From: a virus | Lineage: Duplodnaviria; Heunggongvirae; Uroviricota; Caudoviricetes | DNA length: 36,248 nt | Virus record (IMG/VR): IMGVR_UViG_2778261316_000009 | Strand: one strand, 5' to 3' | Shown here: positions 16,550 through 26,180 of the stretch, in pieces | Position numbering within the stretch: position 1 is the first letter of the stretch | How the letters are laid out: every line of letters begins with the position of its first letter | Translations under genes and position numbers: made by a program | Notes under the pieces: generated by a model | Seen by the model: only the letters and a program-made list of their open reading frames with translations | Told to the model about the DNA's origin: nothing | Databases searched by the model: none

Positions 16550-16575
16550 GTGGCCACGTTGCGTGGCCTTTTTAT
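16550..16575 (+). terminator. rho-independent terminator after the methyltransferase
   Basis: GGCCACG-TTG-CGTGGCC followed by T5. Confidence 0.6.
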
Positions 16576-16620
16576 TTCCAACACAGCACCCGCAAATATC
16601 GCGAGGTGAGAGATGACGAA

Positions 16621-16956
16621 ATGCCTCATAACCCAAATACCTGGCCGGACTGGCTGGAGTTGTTTCAGAGCTGGTGGCGTGGAGACACACCGCTGGGTGC
16701 AGTGATTATGTCGATCGTTATGGCTGGTTTGCGCATCGCCTATTTTGGCGGTGGTGGTGGCTGGAAGCGAAAAACGCTCGAGATTTTGCTCTGTGGCGCT
16801 CTGACGCTGACCTTTGCATCCGCTCTTGAATATGTCGGATGGCCTAAATCGCTTTCTGTTGCCATTGGTGGTGGCGTGGGGCTGATCGGTGTCGATGCTA
16901 TTCGTGGGGCTGCAATGCGAGTAATCGGTAACAAATTTGGTAGCTCGAAGGAGTAA
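16621..16956 (+). CDS. holin (lambda S-like)
   Basis: hydrophobic helices and basic C-terminus; immediately upstream of the endolysin; start chosen downstream of the terminator. Confidence 0.6.
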   Translation: MPHNPNTWPDWLELFQSWWRGDTPLGAVIMSIVMAGLRIAYFGGGGGWKRKTLEILLCGALTLTFASALEYVGWPKSLSVAIGGGVGLIGVDAIRGAAMRVIGNKFGSSKE

Positions 16957-16959
16957 TTT

Positions 16960-17436
16960 ATGCAGGCACTAAATTCCCAGCGTAAAGCTTTCCTGGATAT
17001 GGTGGCATGGTCAGAAGGAACGGATAACGGGCGACAACCGACACGTAACCACGGTTATGATGTTATTGTTGGTGGCGAACTGTTCACTGATTACTCCGAT
17101 CACCCTCGCAAACTTGTCACGCTAAACCCCAAACTCAAATCAACAGCCGCCGGACGTTACCAGCTTCTTTCACGCTGGTGGGATGCTTACCGTAAACAGC
17201 TTGGCCTGAAAGATTTTTCTCCAGAAAGCCAGGACGCTGTAGCTCTGCAGCAGATTAAAGAGCGTGGTGCTTTACCGATGATTGACCGCGGCAGTATTCG
17301 TCAGGCAATCGACCGTTGCAGCAATATCTGGGCGTCGTTACCTGGTGCAGGTTACGGTCAGTATGAACATAAAATCGGTGACCTGATTGCCCGATTTAAA
17401 AAAGCTGGTGGGGTAGTAAATGAAGCTGAGATATAA
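16960..17436 (+). CDS. endolysin, lambda R-type lytic transglycosylase
   Basis: QRKAFLDMVAWSEGTDNGRQ ... NHGYDVIVGGELFTDYSDHPRKLVTLNPKLKSTAAGRYQLLSRWWDAYRKQLGLKDF closely matches lambda R as recalled. Confidence 0.9.
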   Translation: MQALNSQRKAFLDMVAWSEGTDNGRQPTRNHGYDVIVGGELFTDYSDHPRKLVTLNPKLKSTAAGRYQLLSRWWDAYRKQLGLKDFSPESQDAVALQQIKERGALPMIDRGSIRQAIDRCSNIWASLPGAGYGQYEHKIGDLIARFKKAGGVVNEAEI

Positions 17437-17812
17437 GCTGGTTATTGTTGCCTTCGTTGTTACCGTCATTGGTTCCTTCATCTGGTCTGCCGGGCATTAC
17501 TACAGCAAATATCAGCACGAAAAGGAGCGTGCTGATGAGGCTGTACGAAATGCTGAATCAGCAACTGCCATTACCCGTAACGTTCTGCAATCACTGCAAA
17601 TCGTCAATACAGTTCTGGAGGCTAACCAGCATGCAAAACAGCAGATCGCACTGGAGTCACAGAGAACCCAGGAAGATATCAAAGTGGCTGTTGCGGATGA
17701 TGATTGTGCTTCACGTCATGTGCCTGCTGCCGCTGCTGACCGGTTGCGGAAGTACGCGAACAGTTTACGTACCGATTCCGGCGGTACCGTTGCCAGCAAG
17801 CCTGACTACTGA
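17420..17812 (+). CDS. i-spanin (Rz-like)
   Basis: N-terminal TM helix (LVIVAFVVTVIGSFIW) plus a charged periplasmic domain; overlaps the endolysin stop. Confidence 0.6.
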   Translation: MKLRYKLVIVAFVVTVIGSFIWSAGHYYSKYQHEKERADEAVRNAESATAITRNVLQSLQIVNTVLEANQHAKQQIALESQRTQEDIKVAVADDDCASRHVPAAAADRLRKYANSLRTDSGGTVASKPDY

Positions 17813-17969
17813 AACTCCCCAGCCAGTCATTCCCGAGCCGATGACCTATGGGGCCAGTCTGGATCTGAATGTGAGCCTGCTTTCGGCGTTGGGACAATGC
17901 AATATTGACAAAGCGGGGATTCGAAGTATCGAGATGCGCCGTAACGCTTTGCTGGCAGCAGTCAAATAG
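17697..17969 (+). CDS. o-spanin (Rz1-like lipoprotein) in an alternative frame, overlapping and extending past Rz
   Basis: lipobox LLTGC followed by a Pro-rich sequence. Confidence 0.55.
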   Translation: MMIVLHVMCLLPLLTGCGSTRTVYVPIPAVPLPASLTTETPQPVIPEPMTYGASLDLNVSLLSALGQCNIDKAGIRSIEMRRNALLAAVK

Positions 17970-17995
17970 TCCGGATAAAGAACAGGAATATATTT

Positions 17996-18346
17996 ATGCC
18001 CCCTCGAACTCCAAAAGCCTGCCGCGTTCGCGGCTGCCGTAATACCACGACAGACCCGTCAGGCTACTGCGAAAGCCACAAAAGCGAAGGCTGGAAGCAA
18101 TACAAGCCAGGACAATCCCGTCATCAGCGCGGTTATGGTTCGAAGTGGGATGTTATCCGCGTGCGTGTGTTGAAGCGTGACAAAGGACTGTGCCAGTTGT
18201 GCCTGCGTGCCGGTGTGGTGCGTGAAGCGAAAACCGTTGATCACATCATCCCTAAAGCGCATGGCGGCTCTGATGCCGACAGTAATCTGCAGAGCCTGTG
18301 CTGGCCGTGTCATAAGGCGAAGACGGCCCGTGAACGGTTGAAGTGA
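17996..18346 (+). CDS. HNH endonuclease
   Basis: Cys/His motifs (CRVRGC, DHIIPKAHGG, NLQSLCWPCH); position just before the small terminase subunit. Confidence 0.8.
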   Translation: MPPRTPKACRVRGCRNTTTDPSGYCESHKSEGWKQYKPGQSRHQRGYGSKWDVIRVRVLKRDKGLCQLCLRAGVVREAKTVDHIIPKAHGGSDADSNLQSLCWPCHKAKTARERLK

Positions 18347-18367
18347 TAATAATTCTCAACTGCCTGA

Positions 18368-18431
18368 GGGGAGGGGCGGGTCAAATCCCTGCGGCCTGAC
18401 GTCTTCCGGACTGCCCGCCCCATCGTTTTTT
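18368..18431 (+). other. candidate cos-region structure or terminator
   Basis: GGGGCGGG ... CCCGCCCC inverted repeat with a 33-nt loop, then a T7 run, between HNH and terminase. Confidence 0.3.
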
Positions 18432-18471
18432 TATACCCGCGAAAAATGAAATTTAACCAGGAGTGCCGCAT

Positions 18472-18966
18472 ATGGCTGGAACGGCGGGGCGTTCCGGGCG
18501 TCGCCCCAAGCCAACGGCGCGCAAGGCGCTGGCCGGAAACCCCGGCAAGCGAGCCCTGAACAAAGATGAACCTGTTTTTACGCCCATCAAAGGTGTTGAG
18601 CCACCAGAGTGGTTCGCTGAAGAAGATCTCCCTCTCGCCACGATCATGTGGCAACTGACAACCAAAGAACTCTGCGGTCAGGGCCTGTTGTGCGTGACTG
18701 ACCTCGCGGTGCTTGAGCGGTGGTGCGTGGCCTATGAGTTCTGGCGACGTGCCGTGAAAAATATTGCCATACAGGGCAACACCATCACCGGTGCAATGGG
18801 CGGCAGGGTCAAAAATCCGGAGCTGACCGCCAAAAAAGAACAGGAGTCCGAGATGAGCAGCACGGGGGCAATGCTCGGACTCGACCCCAGCAGCCGCCAG
18901 CGTCTGATTGGCCTGGCGGGGCAGAAGAAAGCCACTAACCCGTTTCTGAAAATCATCGAGTCATGA
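18472..18966 (+). CDS. terminase small subunit (P27 family)
   Basis: [27 protein letters not shown] start is typical of P27-family TerS; AGGAG RBS. Confidence 0.8.
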   Translation: MAGTAGRSGRRPKPTARKALAGNPGKRALNKDEPVFTPIKGVEPPEWFAEEDLPLATIMWQLTTKELCGQGLLCVTDLAVLERWCVAYEFWRRAVKNIAIQGNTITGAMGGRVKNPELTAKKEQESEMSSTGAMLGLDPSSRQRLIGLAGQKKATNPFLKIIES

Positions 18967-20696
18967 GCCGGAAATCTTACCCCAACGTAAATGCTGCCAA
19001 TCAGTATGCCCGTGATGTTGTGCGCGGAAAGATTGTGGCCTGCCAGTTTGTGATTCAGGCCTGCCAGCGCCATCTTGATGACCTGATGGCGGAAAAAAGT
19101 AAGTCGTTTCGTTACCGCTTCGACAAGGACCTGGCTGAACGGGCCGCCAAATTTATTCAGCTGTTGCCGCACACCAAGGGTGAGTGGGCATTCAAGAGGA
19201 TGCCCATCACGCTGGAGCCGTGGCAGCTATTTGTGGTCTGCTGTGCGTTTGGCTGGGTCAATAAAGGGTCCCGGCTGCGCCGCTTCCGGGAGGTGTATAC
19301 CGAAATCCCCCGTAAGAACGGCAAATCGGCAATCTCTGCCGGTGTTGCCCTGTATTGTTTTGCCTGTGATAACGAGTTTGGCGCGGAAGTGTATTCCGGT
19401 GCCACGACAGAGAAACAGGCGTGGGAAGTCTTTCGCCCGGCGCGACTGATGTGTAAACGCACACCCATGCTGACGGAAGCGTTCGGGATTGAGGTTAACG
19501 CCTCAAACATGAATCGTCCGGAGGATGGCGCGCGGTTTGAACCGCTGATCGGTAACCCCGGTGATGGTTCATCACCCCACTGTGCGGTGGTGGATGAATA
19601 TCACGAGCACGCCACCGATGCGCTTTACACCACGATGCTTACCGGGATGGGGGCGCGACGTCAGCCACTGATGTGGGCCATTACTACTGCCGGGTACAAC
19701 ATTGAGGGGCCGTGCTACGACAAGCGAAGGGAAGTTATCGAGATGCTCAACGGGTCGGTACCCAACGATGAACTGTTCGGGATCATCTATACCGTTGACG
19801 AAGGCGATGACTGGACCGACCCGCAGGTGCTGGAAAAAGCTAACCCGAATATTGGCGTGTCGGTTTATCGCGAATTTTTGTTAAGTCAGCAGCAGCGTGC
19901 GAAAAATAACGCCCGTCTGGCAAACGTCTTTAAAACAAAACACCTCAATATCTGGGTGTCGGCGCGTTCGGCGTATTTCAACCTGGTGAGCTGGCAGAGC
20001 TGCGAGGATAAATCACTGACCCTTGAGCAGTTCGAGGGGCAGCCGTGCATTCTGGCCTTTGACCTGGCGCGTAAGCTGGATATGAACAGCATGGCGCGAC
20101 TTTATACCCGCGAGATTGACGGTAAAACGCATTACTACAGTGTGGCCCCGCGTTTCTGGGTACCGTATGACACGGTGTACAGCGTCGAGAAAAATGAAGA
20201 TCGCCGGACAGCCGAACGCTTTCAGAAATGGGTGGAAATGGGCGTCCTGACCGTTACCGATGGTGCAGAGGTGGATTATCGCTACATCCTCGAAGAGGCC
20301 AAAGCGGCGAACAAAATCAGCCCGGTCAGCGAGTCACCCATCGACCCCTTCGGGGCGACCGGGCTGTCACATGACCTTGCTGATGAAGACCTGAATCCCA
20401 TCACCATCATTCAGAACTACACCAACATGTCCGACCCGATGAAAGAGCTGGAAGCGGCAATTGAATCGGGGCGCTTTCATCATGATGGCAATCCCATCAT
20501 GACCTGGTGTATCGGCAACGTGATCGGCAAAACCATTCCGGGTAACGATGATGTGGTGAAGCCCGTCAAAGAGCAGGCGGAAAACAAAATCGATGGTGCA
20601 GTTGCGCTGATTATGGCGGTTGGCAGAGCCATGCTGTATGAGAAAGAAGACACGCTGTCCGACCACATTGAGTCCTACGGGATCCGCTCGCTTTAA
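18963..20696 (+). CDS. terminase large subunit
   Basis: 577 aa with a Walker A-like EIPRKNGKS and nuclease-domain acidic residues; ATGA coupling to TerS. Confidence 0.85.
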
Positions 20697-20707
20697 CTGA
20701 GGTAATT

Positions 20708-20890
20708 ATGATCATGCTGATTCTCGCGCCTCTGGTGGGCGTGCTGGGTGCGCTTTTGCTGGCGTATGGTGCCTGGCTGATTTATCCCCCGGCGGGGTTT
20801 GTTGTTGCCGGGGCGTTGTGCCTGTTCTGGTCGTGGCTGGTGGCGCGATATCTCGACCGTACACAGTCGTCTGTCGGCGGAGGTAAATAG
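20708..20890 (+). CDS. small membrane protein (two predicted TM helices)
   Basis: 60-aa hydrophobic ORF with GAGG RBS; stop overlaps the portal GTG start. Confidence 0.45.
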
Positions 20891-22131
20891 TGTTCTTTTC
20901 GGGATTATTTCAACGAAAAAGTGACGCACCGGTGACCACGCCAGCAGAGCTGGCGGATGCTATCGGTTTGTCCTACGACACCTATACCGGAAAGCAGATC
21001 AGCAGCCAGCGGGCCATGCGACTGACGGCGGTTTTTTCCTGTGTCAGGGTGCTGGCGGAGTCGGTCGGGATGTTGCCCTGCAACCTGTATCACCTGAACG
21101 GCAGCCTGAAGCAGAGAGCCACTGGCGAACGTCTGCATAAGCTGATCTCCACGCATCCCAATGGCTATATGACGCCGCAGGAGTTCTGGGAGCTGGTGGT
21201 CACCTGTCTGTGCCTGCGGGGAAACTTTTACGCCTACAAAGTGAAAGCATTTGGCGAAGTGGCTGAACTGCTGCCCGTCGATCCCGGCTGTGTGGTACCG
21301 AAGCTTAACAGTAGCTGGGAGCCGGTCTATCAGGTCACATTCCCGGATGGCTCCACGGATGTACTGAGCCAGGAGGATATCTGGCATGTGCGCACGCTGA
21401 CGCTGGACGGACTGGTGGGGCTGAATCCCATCGCCTATGCCCGCGAGGCAATATCGCTGGCGGCAGCGACCGAAGAGCACGGGGCCAGACTGTTCAGCAA
21501 TGGCGCGGTGACGTCGGGTGTGTTGCGTACAGAGCAGACGCTGTCAGATCAGGCTTATGAGCGCCTGAAGAAAGATTTTGAGGAGCGTCACACCGGGCTT
21601 GGCAATGCTCACCGCCCGATGATCCTTGAGATGGGGCTGGACTGGAAGTCGATGGCGCTGAACGCCGAGGACAGCCAGTTCCTGGAAACCCGCAAGTTTC
21701 AGCTTGAAGAAATCTGTCGTCTGTTCCGGGTGCCGTTGCACATGGTGCAGAACACCGATCGCGCCACCTTCAACAATATCGAAGAGCTGGGGCTGGGATT
21801 TATCAACTATTCACTGGTGCCGTATCTGACCCGCATCGAACAGCGGATCAACACCGGACTGGTACGAAAAAGTAAGCAGGGCGTTTATTACGCCAAATTT
21901 AACGCCGGGGCGTTACTGCGCGGGGATATGAAGTCCCGTTTTGAAGCCTACGCCACCGGGATCAACTGGGGAATTTACTCTCCCAATGACTGCCGCGACC
22001 TGGAAGATATGAATCCGCGTCCCGGTGGTGATGTCTATCTCACACCGATGAACATGACCACGCAACCCTCCGATGGCAGTAAAGCCGGTAAGCAGAAGGA
22101 TAACGCCAATGCAGACGAAACAACGTCTTGA
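20890..22131 (+). CDS. portal protein (HK97 family)
   Basis: 413 aa, position after terminase; GTG start. Confidence 0.8.
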   Translation: MFFSGLFQRKSDAPVTTPAELADAIGLSYDTYTGKQISSQRAMRLTAVFSCVRVLAESVGMLPCNLYHLNGSLKQRATGERLHKLISTHPNGYMTPQEFWELVVTCLCLRGNFYAYKVKAFGEVAELLPVDPGCVVPKLNSSWEPVYQVTFPDGSTDVLSQEDIWHVRTLTLDGLVGLNPIAYAREAISLAAATEEHGARLFSNGAVTSGVLRTEQTLSDQAYERLKKDFEERHTGLGNAHRPMILEMGLDWKSMALNAEDSQFLETRKFQLEEICRLFRVPLHMVQNTDRATFNNIEELGLGFINYSLVPYLTRIEQRINTGLVRKSKQGVYYAKFNAGALLRGDMKSRFEAYATGINWGIYSPNDCRDLEDMNPRPGGDVYLTPMNMTTQPSDGSKAGKQKDNANADETTS

Positions 22132-22759
22132 TGTACCGCTGAGTCTGAAATCTGTCAGTGACTCCGGTGAGTTTGAAGGGTATGGCTCCGTCTTTGGTGT
22201 AAAGGACAGCCACGATGATGTGGTGATGTCCGGGGCATTTGCTGCTTCCCTGCGGGCGTGGAGTGACAGAAAAGCGTTACCTGCGCTGCTCTGGCAGCAC
22301 CGCATGGATGAGCCCATCGGAGTTTACACCGAAATGAAGGAAGACGATGTCGGGCTTTACGTCAGGGGGCGGTTGCTCATTGATGATGATCCCCTGGCAA
22401 AACGCGCACATGCACACATGAAGGCCGGTTCGTTAACCGGCCTTTCTATTGGGTACGTCCTGAAAGACTGGGAATACGACCGGACGAAAGAAGCCTTTTT
22501 GCTGAAAGAAATCGACCTCTGGGAAGTCAGTCTGGTGACGTTTCCGTCTAACGACGAGGCGCGGATCAGCGACGTCAAGAACGCGCTGGCCCGCGGGGAA
22601 ATCCCTGAACAGAAAAAAATCGAAAGAGTCCTGCGTGATGTCGGACTCTCCCGTACCCAGGCCAAAGCATTCATGGCCGGGGGCTATGGCGCACTGTCCC
22701 TGCGCGACGCTGAGGATGTGGGCTCTGCACTGAATGCACTGAAAAATCTGAACTTCTAA
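22109..22759 (+). CDS. prohead protease (HK97 family)
   Basis: EGYGSVFGVKDSHDDVVMSGAF motif typical of HK97 proteases; start at MQTKQRL. Confidence 0.8.
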   Translation: MQTKQRLDVPLSLKSVSDSGEFEGYGSVFGVKDSHDDVVMSGAFAASLRAWSDRKALPALLWQHRMDEPIGVYTEMKEDDVGLYVRGRLLIDDDPLAKRAHAHMKAGSLTGLSIGYVLKDWEYDRTKEAFLLKEIDLWEVSLVTFPSNDEARISDVKNALARGEIPEQKKIERVLRDVGLSRTQAKAFMAGGYGALSLRDAEDVGSALNALKNLNF

Positions 22760-22773
22760 TCAGGAGAAATACG

Positions 22774-23979
22774 ATGGCGGTTGATATTAAAGATGTGGAA
22801 CAGGTCGCGCAGGAGCTGCAGCAGAAGTTTGACGACTTCAAGGCAAAGAACGACAAGCGCGTGGATGCGATTGAGCAGGAAAAAGGCAAACTTGCCGGGC
22901 AGGTGGAAACCCTGAACGGGAAACTCAGCGAGCTGGAAAATCTCAAAAGCGATCTTGAAAAAGAGCTGCTTGAGCTGAAACGTCCGGCAGGTGGTGTGCA
23001 AAATAAACTGGCCACTGAGCATAAAGAAGCGTTTGTGGGCTTTCTGCGTAAAGGCCGTGAAGACGGTCTGCGCGATCTGGAGCGCAAGGCATTACAGGTG
23101 GGCACCGATGAAGACGGTGGCTATGCCGTGCCGGAAGCACTGGATCGCAACATTCTCACCCTGCTGAAAGATGAAGTGGTGATGCGCCAGGAAGCTACGG
23201 TGATCACTGTTGGCGGTTCCGACTACAAAAAACTGGTGAATCTGGGCGGTACGGCTTCCGGATGGGTGGGGGAAACGGATACGCGATCCCAGACTGCCAC
23301 CTCCAGACTGGAGCTGATTGAACCTCTCATGGGGGAAATTTACGGCAACCCGCAGGCTACCCAGAAAATGCTGGACGATGCCTTCTTCAACGTGGAGGCC
23401 TGGATCAACAGCGAGCTGGCAACCGAATTTGCCGAACAGGAAGAAATTGCCTTTACCTCAGGCGATGGCACCAAGAAGCCGAAAGGGTTCCTGGCGTATG
23501 AATCCACTGATGAAAACGACAAGGTCCGGGCGTTCGGCAAACTTCAGCATATTGTATCCGGCGAAGCGACCGCGGTGACCGCAGACGCCATTATCAAACT
23601 GATTTACACGCTGCGTAAGGCACACCGCACTGGCGCGAAGTTCATGATGAACAACAACAGCCTGTTTGCCATCCGTCTGCTGAAAGACACCGAGGGTAAC
23701 TATCTGTGGCGTCCGGGGCTGGAACTGGGGCAGCCGTCCTCTCTGGCGGGTTACGGTATCGCTGAAAACGAACAGATGCCGGATATCGCCGCTGATGCGA
23801 AAGCCATTGCATTTGGTAACTTCAAACGGGGTTACACCATCGTTGACCGTATCGGCACCCGCATTCTGCGTGACCCGTACACCAATAAACCGTTTGTCGG
23901 TTTTTATACCACCAAGCGCACCGGCGGGATGCTGGTCGATTCGCAGGCCATCAAACTGCTGAAGATTGCAGCGGCGTAA
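22774..23979 (+). CDS. major capsid protein (HK97 fold) with N-terminal coiled-coil delta domain
   Basis: 401 aa, AGGAGA RBS, coiled-coil N-terminus, position after the protease. Confidence 0.85.
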   Translation: MAVDIKDVEQVAQELQQKFDDFKAKNDKRVDAIEQEKGKLAGQVETLNGKLSELENLKSDLEKELLELKRPAGGVQNKLATEHKEAFVGFLRKGREDGLRDLERKALQVGTDEDGGYAVPEALDRNILTLLKDEVVMRQEATVITVGGSDYKKLVNLGGTASGWVGETDTRSQTATSRLELIEPLMGEIYGNPQATQKMLDDAFFNVEAWINSELATEFAEQEEIAFTSGDGTKKPKGFLAYESTDENDKVRAFGKLQHIVSGEATAVTADAIIKLIYTLRKAHRTGAKFMMNNNSLFAIRLLKDTEGNYLWRPGLELGQPSSLAGYGIAENEQMPDIAADAKAIAFGNFKRGYTIVDRIGTRILRDPYTNKPFVGFYTTKRTGGMLVDSQAIKLLKIAAA

Positions 23980-24005
23980 TCACTCAGGGGCGTGGAACCG
24001 CGCCC

Positions 24006-24028
24006 CCTGTTCTGACGGGTGAAGAATC
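24006..24028 (+). terminator. hairpin after the capsid gene (weak terminator)
   Basis: GGGGCG-loop-CGCCCC followed by TGTTCT. Confidence 0.35.
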
Positions 24029-24220
24029 ATGATCCTGAAACAAGATCTGAAATGGTCACCGGACGGTATGCGTGTTGAGGTCATTCGGGCCGGTGAGTAT
24101 GACGACGGGGCGCTTCCTGCCCGGGTGCAGGAGATTGCACTTCAGGCCGGGTTAGCAGAGCGCGGAACCAGTGCAAAAAGCAGTAAAGCGACAAAAGAGA
24201 AAAAAAGCCACGACCAGTAA
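24029..24220 (+). CDS. small hypothetical head-module protein
   Basis: 63-aa ORF with a Lys-rich C-terminus. Confidence 0.4.
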   Translation: MILKQDLKWSPDGMRVEVIRAGEYDDGALPARVQEIALQAGLAERGTSAKSSKATKEKKSHDQ

Positions 24221-24232
24221 AGAGGGCTGAGT

Positions 24233-24556
24233 ATGCTTCTGACAATGGAAGAGATTAAAGCCCAACTCAGGCTGGATGAGGATTTCGATGCTGATGACCG
24301 CCATCTGCAACTGCTGGCCTGTGCGGCGCAAAAGCGGACGGAAACGTATCTGAACCGGAAGCTCTATGCTCCGGATGAAACCATTCCGGACAGCGATCCG
24401 GACGGGCTGCACCTGCCGGATGATATTCGTCTGGGGATGCTGATGCTTATCAGCCATTTTTACGAAAACCGCTCGTCGGTTACGGAAGTGGAGAAACTCG
24501 ACATGCCGCAGAGTTTTGGCTGGCTTGTCGGCCCGTACAGGTACTTTCCGCAATGA
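24233..24556 (+). CDS. head-tail connector protein (gp6-like)
   Basis: MLLTMEEIKAQLRLDEDFDADD start typical of the gp6-like connector family. Confidence 0.65.
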   Translation: MLLTMEEIKAQLRLDEDFDADDRHLQLLACAAQKRTETYLNRKLYAPDETIPDSDPDGLHLPDDIRLGMLMLISHFYENRSSVTEVEKLDMPQSFGWLVGPYRYFPQ

Positions 24557-24963
24557 AAATTCGTCAGGCGCAGACCAGCGCAACCTACATTCTGCCGGAC
24601 CCCGGTGAACTGAATAAACGCGTCCTGATCCGCCAGCGGGTGGATATGCCCGCGGATAACTTTGGCGTGGATCCTCAATACCCGGTTGCGTTCCGGACAT
24701 GGGCGAAGGTTGTCCAGACCAGTGCCACCACCTGGCAGGAAACCGCGCAGACCGGGGACGCCATCACCCATTACATCACCATTCGTTACCGCCGGGGGAT
24801 CACCGCTGATTATGAGGTGGTCTGCGGTGACAGTGTGTACCGGGTGAAACGTCAGCGCGATCTGAACGGGGCGCGGCGCTTTCTGCTGCTGGAGTGTACG
24901 GAACTGGGCGAATTTACGCAGAGTCACGGAGGCAGCAATGGTGACTCCCTTTTTTCACGTTGA
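24553..24963 (+). CDS. head closure / head-tail adaptor protein
   Basis: size, position and ATGA coupling; pattern resembles SPP1 gp16-like head completion proteins. Confidence 0.6.
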   Translation: MKIRQAQTSATYILPDPGELNKRVLIRQRVDMPADNFGVDPQYPVAFRTWAKVVQTSATTWQETAQTGDAITHYITIRYRRGITADYEVVCGDSVYRVKRQRDLNGARRFLLLECTELGEFTQSHGGSNGDSLFSR

Positions 24964-25444
24964 TGTTCAGCAGCCCGCGGAGATGCGCTTTAACCGTGCC
25001 CGTGTCCGGCGGGCGTTTGTCACGATTGGGCAGCGTCATATGCGTGATGCCCGTCGGCTGGTGATGCGCCGTGCGCGGTCGGCACCGGGTGAAAACCCCG
25101 GTTATCAGACCGGACGCCTGGCTCGTTCGATTGGTTACATGGTGCCGATAGCCAGTAAAAAGCGAGCCGGTTTTATGACACGCATTGCCCCTAACCAGCG
25201 CAACGGGAAGGGGAACCGGATGATCTCTGGTGACTTCTATCCGGCGTTTCTGTTTTTTGGTGTCCGGGGAGGAGCAAAGCGTCGTCGCAGCCATCATCGT
25301 GGTGCATCCGGTGGCAGCGGCTGGCGACTGGCTCCACGTAATAACTTTATGGTGGAAACGCTTGAAAAGAACCGCAGCTGGACACGCTATTTTCTGGCGC
25401 GGGAATTACGTAAATCACTGAAGCCGGAGCGACGACACAGATGA
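24938..25444 (+). CDS. HK97 gp10-like tail completion protein
   Basis: basic 168-aa protein at the head-tail joining position; GGAGG RBS. Confidence 0.55.
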   Translation: MVTPFFHVDVQQPAEMRFNRARVRRAFVTIGQRHMRDARRLVMRRARSAPGENPGYQTGRLARSIGYMVPIASKKRAGFMTRIAPNQRNGKGNRMISGDFYPAFLFFGVRGGAKRRRSHHRGASGGSGWRLAPRNNFMVETLEKNRSWTRYFLARELRKSLKPERRHR

Positions 25445-26001
25445 AACTGACGCCTGTTATTGCTGCGCTGCGTGCCCGCTGCCCGTATTTTGAAAACCGG
25501 GTGGCAGGCGCGGCACAGTTCAAAAATCTGCCGGAGGTCGGAAAGCTGAGACTCCCGGCGGCGTATGTGGTACCGGGTGATGACTCTCCGGGAGAAAACA
25601 AAAGCCAGACCGACTACTGGCAGGAGCTGAAAGAGGGCTTCTCCGTGGTTGTCATACTGAGTAACGGGCGTGATGAGCGCGGTCAGTTTGCTTCGTATGA
25701 TGTGGTGGACGATGTCCGGCAGATGCTCTTTAAGGCCCTGCTGGGCTGGAACCCGGAAGCGTGCGGTAACCCGATTACCTATGACGGCGGCACGCTGCTG
25801 GATCTGAATCGTCATGAACTGATTTATCAGTTCGATTTTTCGGTCATCAGCGAGCTGACCGAAGACGATACCCGCCAGCAGGATGACCTGAACAGTCTGG
25901 ATGAACTGCGAACGCTGGCGATTGATGTTGATTATCTCGATCCCGGTAACGGGCCTGACGGCGATATCGAACATCACACCGAAATAACCCTTCCTTCCTG
26001 A
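25441..26001 (+). CDS. Mu gp37-like tail protein (DUF1834-like)
   Basis: position immediately upstream of the gp38-like and sheath genes; MKLTPVIAALRARC start resembles this family. Confidence 0.5.
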   Translation: MKLTPVIAALRARCPYFENRVAGAAQFKNLPEVGKLRLPAAYVVPGDDSPGENKSQTDYWQELKEGFSVVVILSNGRDERGQFASYDVVDDVRQMLFKALLGWNPEACGNPITYDGGTLLDLNRHELIYQFDFSVISELTEDDTRQQDDLNSLDELRTLAIDVDYLDPGNGPDGDIEHHTEITLPS

Positions 26002-26009
26002 GAATCTTC

Positions 26010-26180
26010 ATGTTTGTGAAACCTGTTAAAGGGCGGTCAGTGCCTGACCCTGCCCGCGGTGACCTTTTGCCCACCGAAGGGCGAAATGTTGATGAGAACA
26101 ACTACTGGCTGCGCCGTGAAGCAGCGGGTGATATCCGGCGCGTGAATAAAAAGGTGAACACCGATGACGATAAGCTTTAA
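26010..26180 (+). CDS. Mu gp38-like small protein (56 aa), absent from the ORF track
   Basis: MFVKPVKGRSVPDPARGDLLPTEGRNV ... NYWLRR matches the small protein conserved before Mu-type sheath genes; overlaps the sheath start. Confidence 0.55.
   Translation: MFVKPVKGRSVPDPARGDLLPTEGRNVDENNYWLRREAAGDIRRVNKKVNTDDDKL

Noticed and set aside
22671-23105. 144-aa Ser-rich minus-strand ORF
   Set aside because: Antisense to the major capsid gene; low-complexity translation with no RBS.
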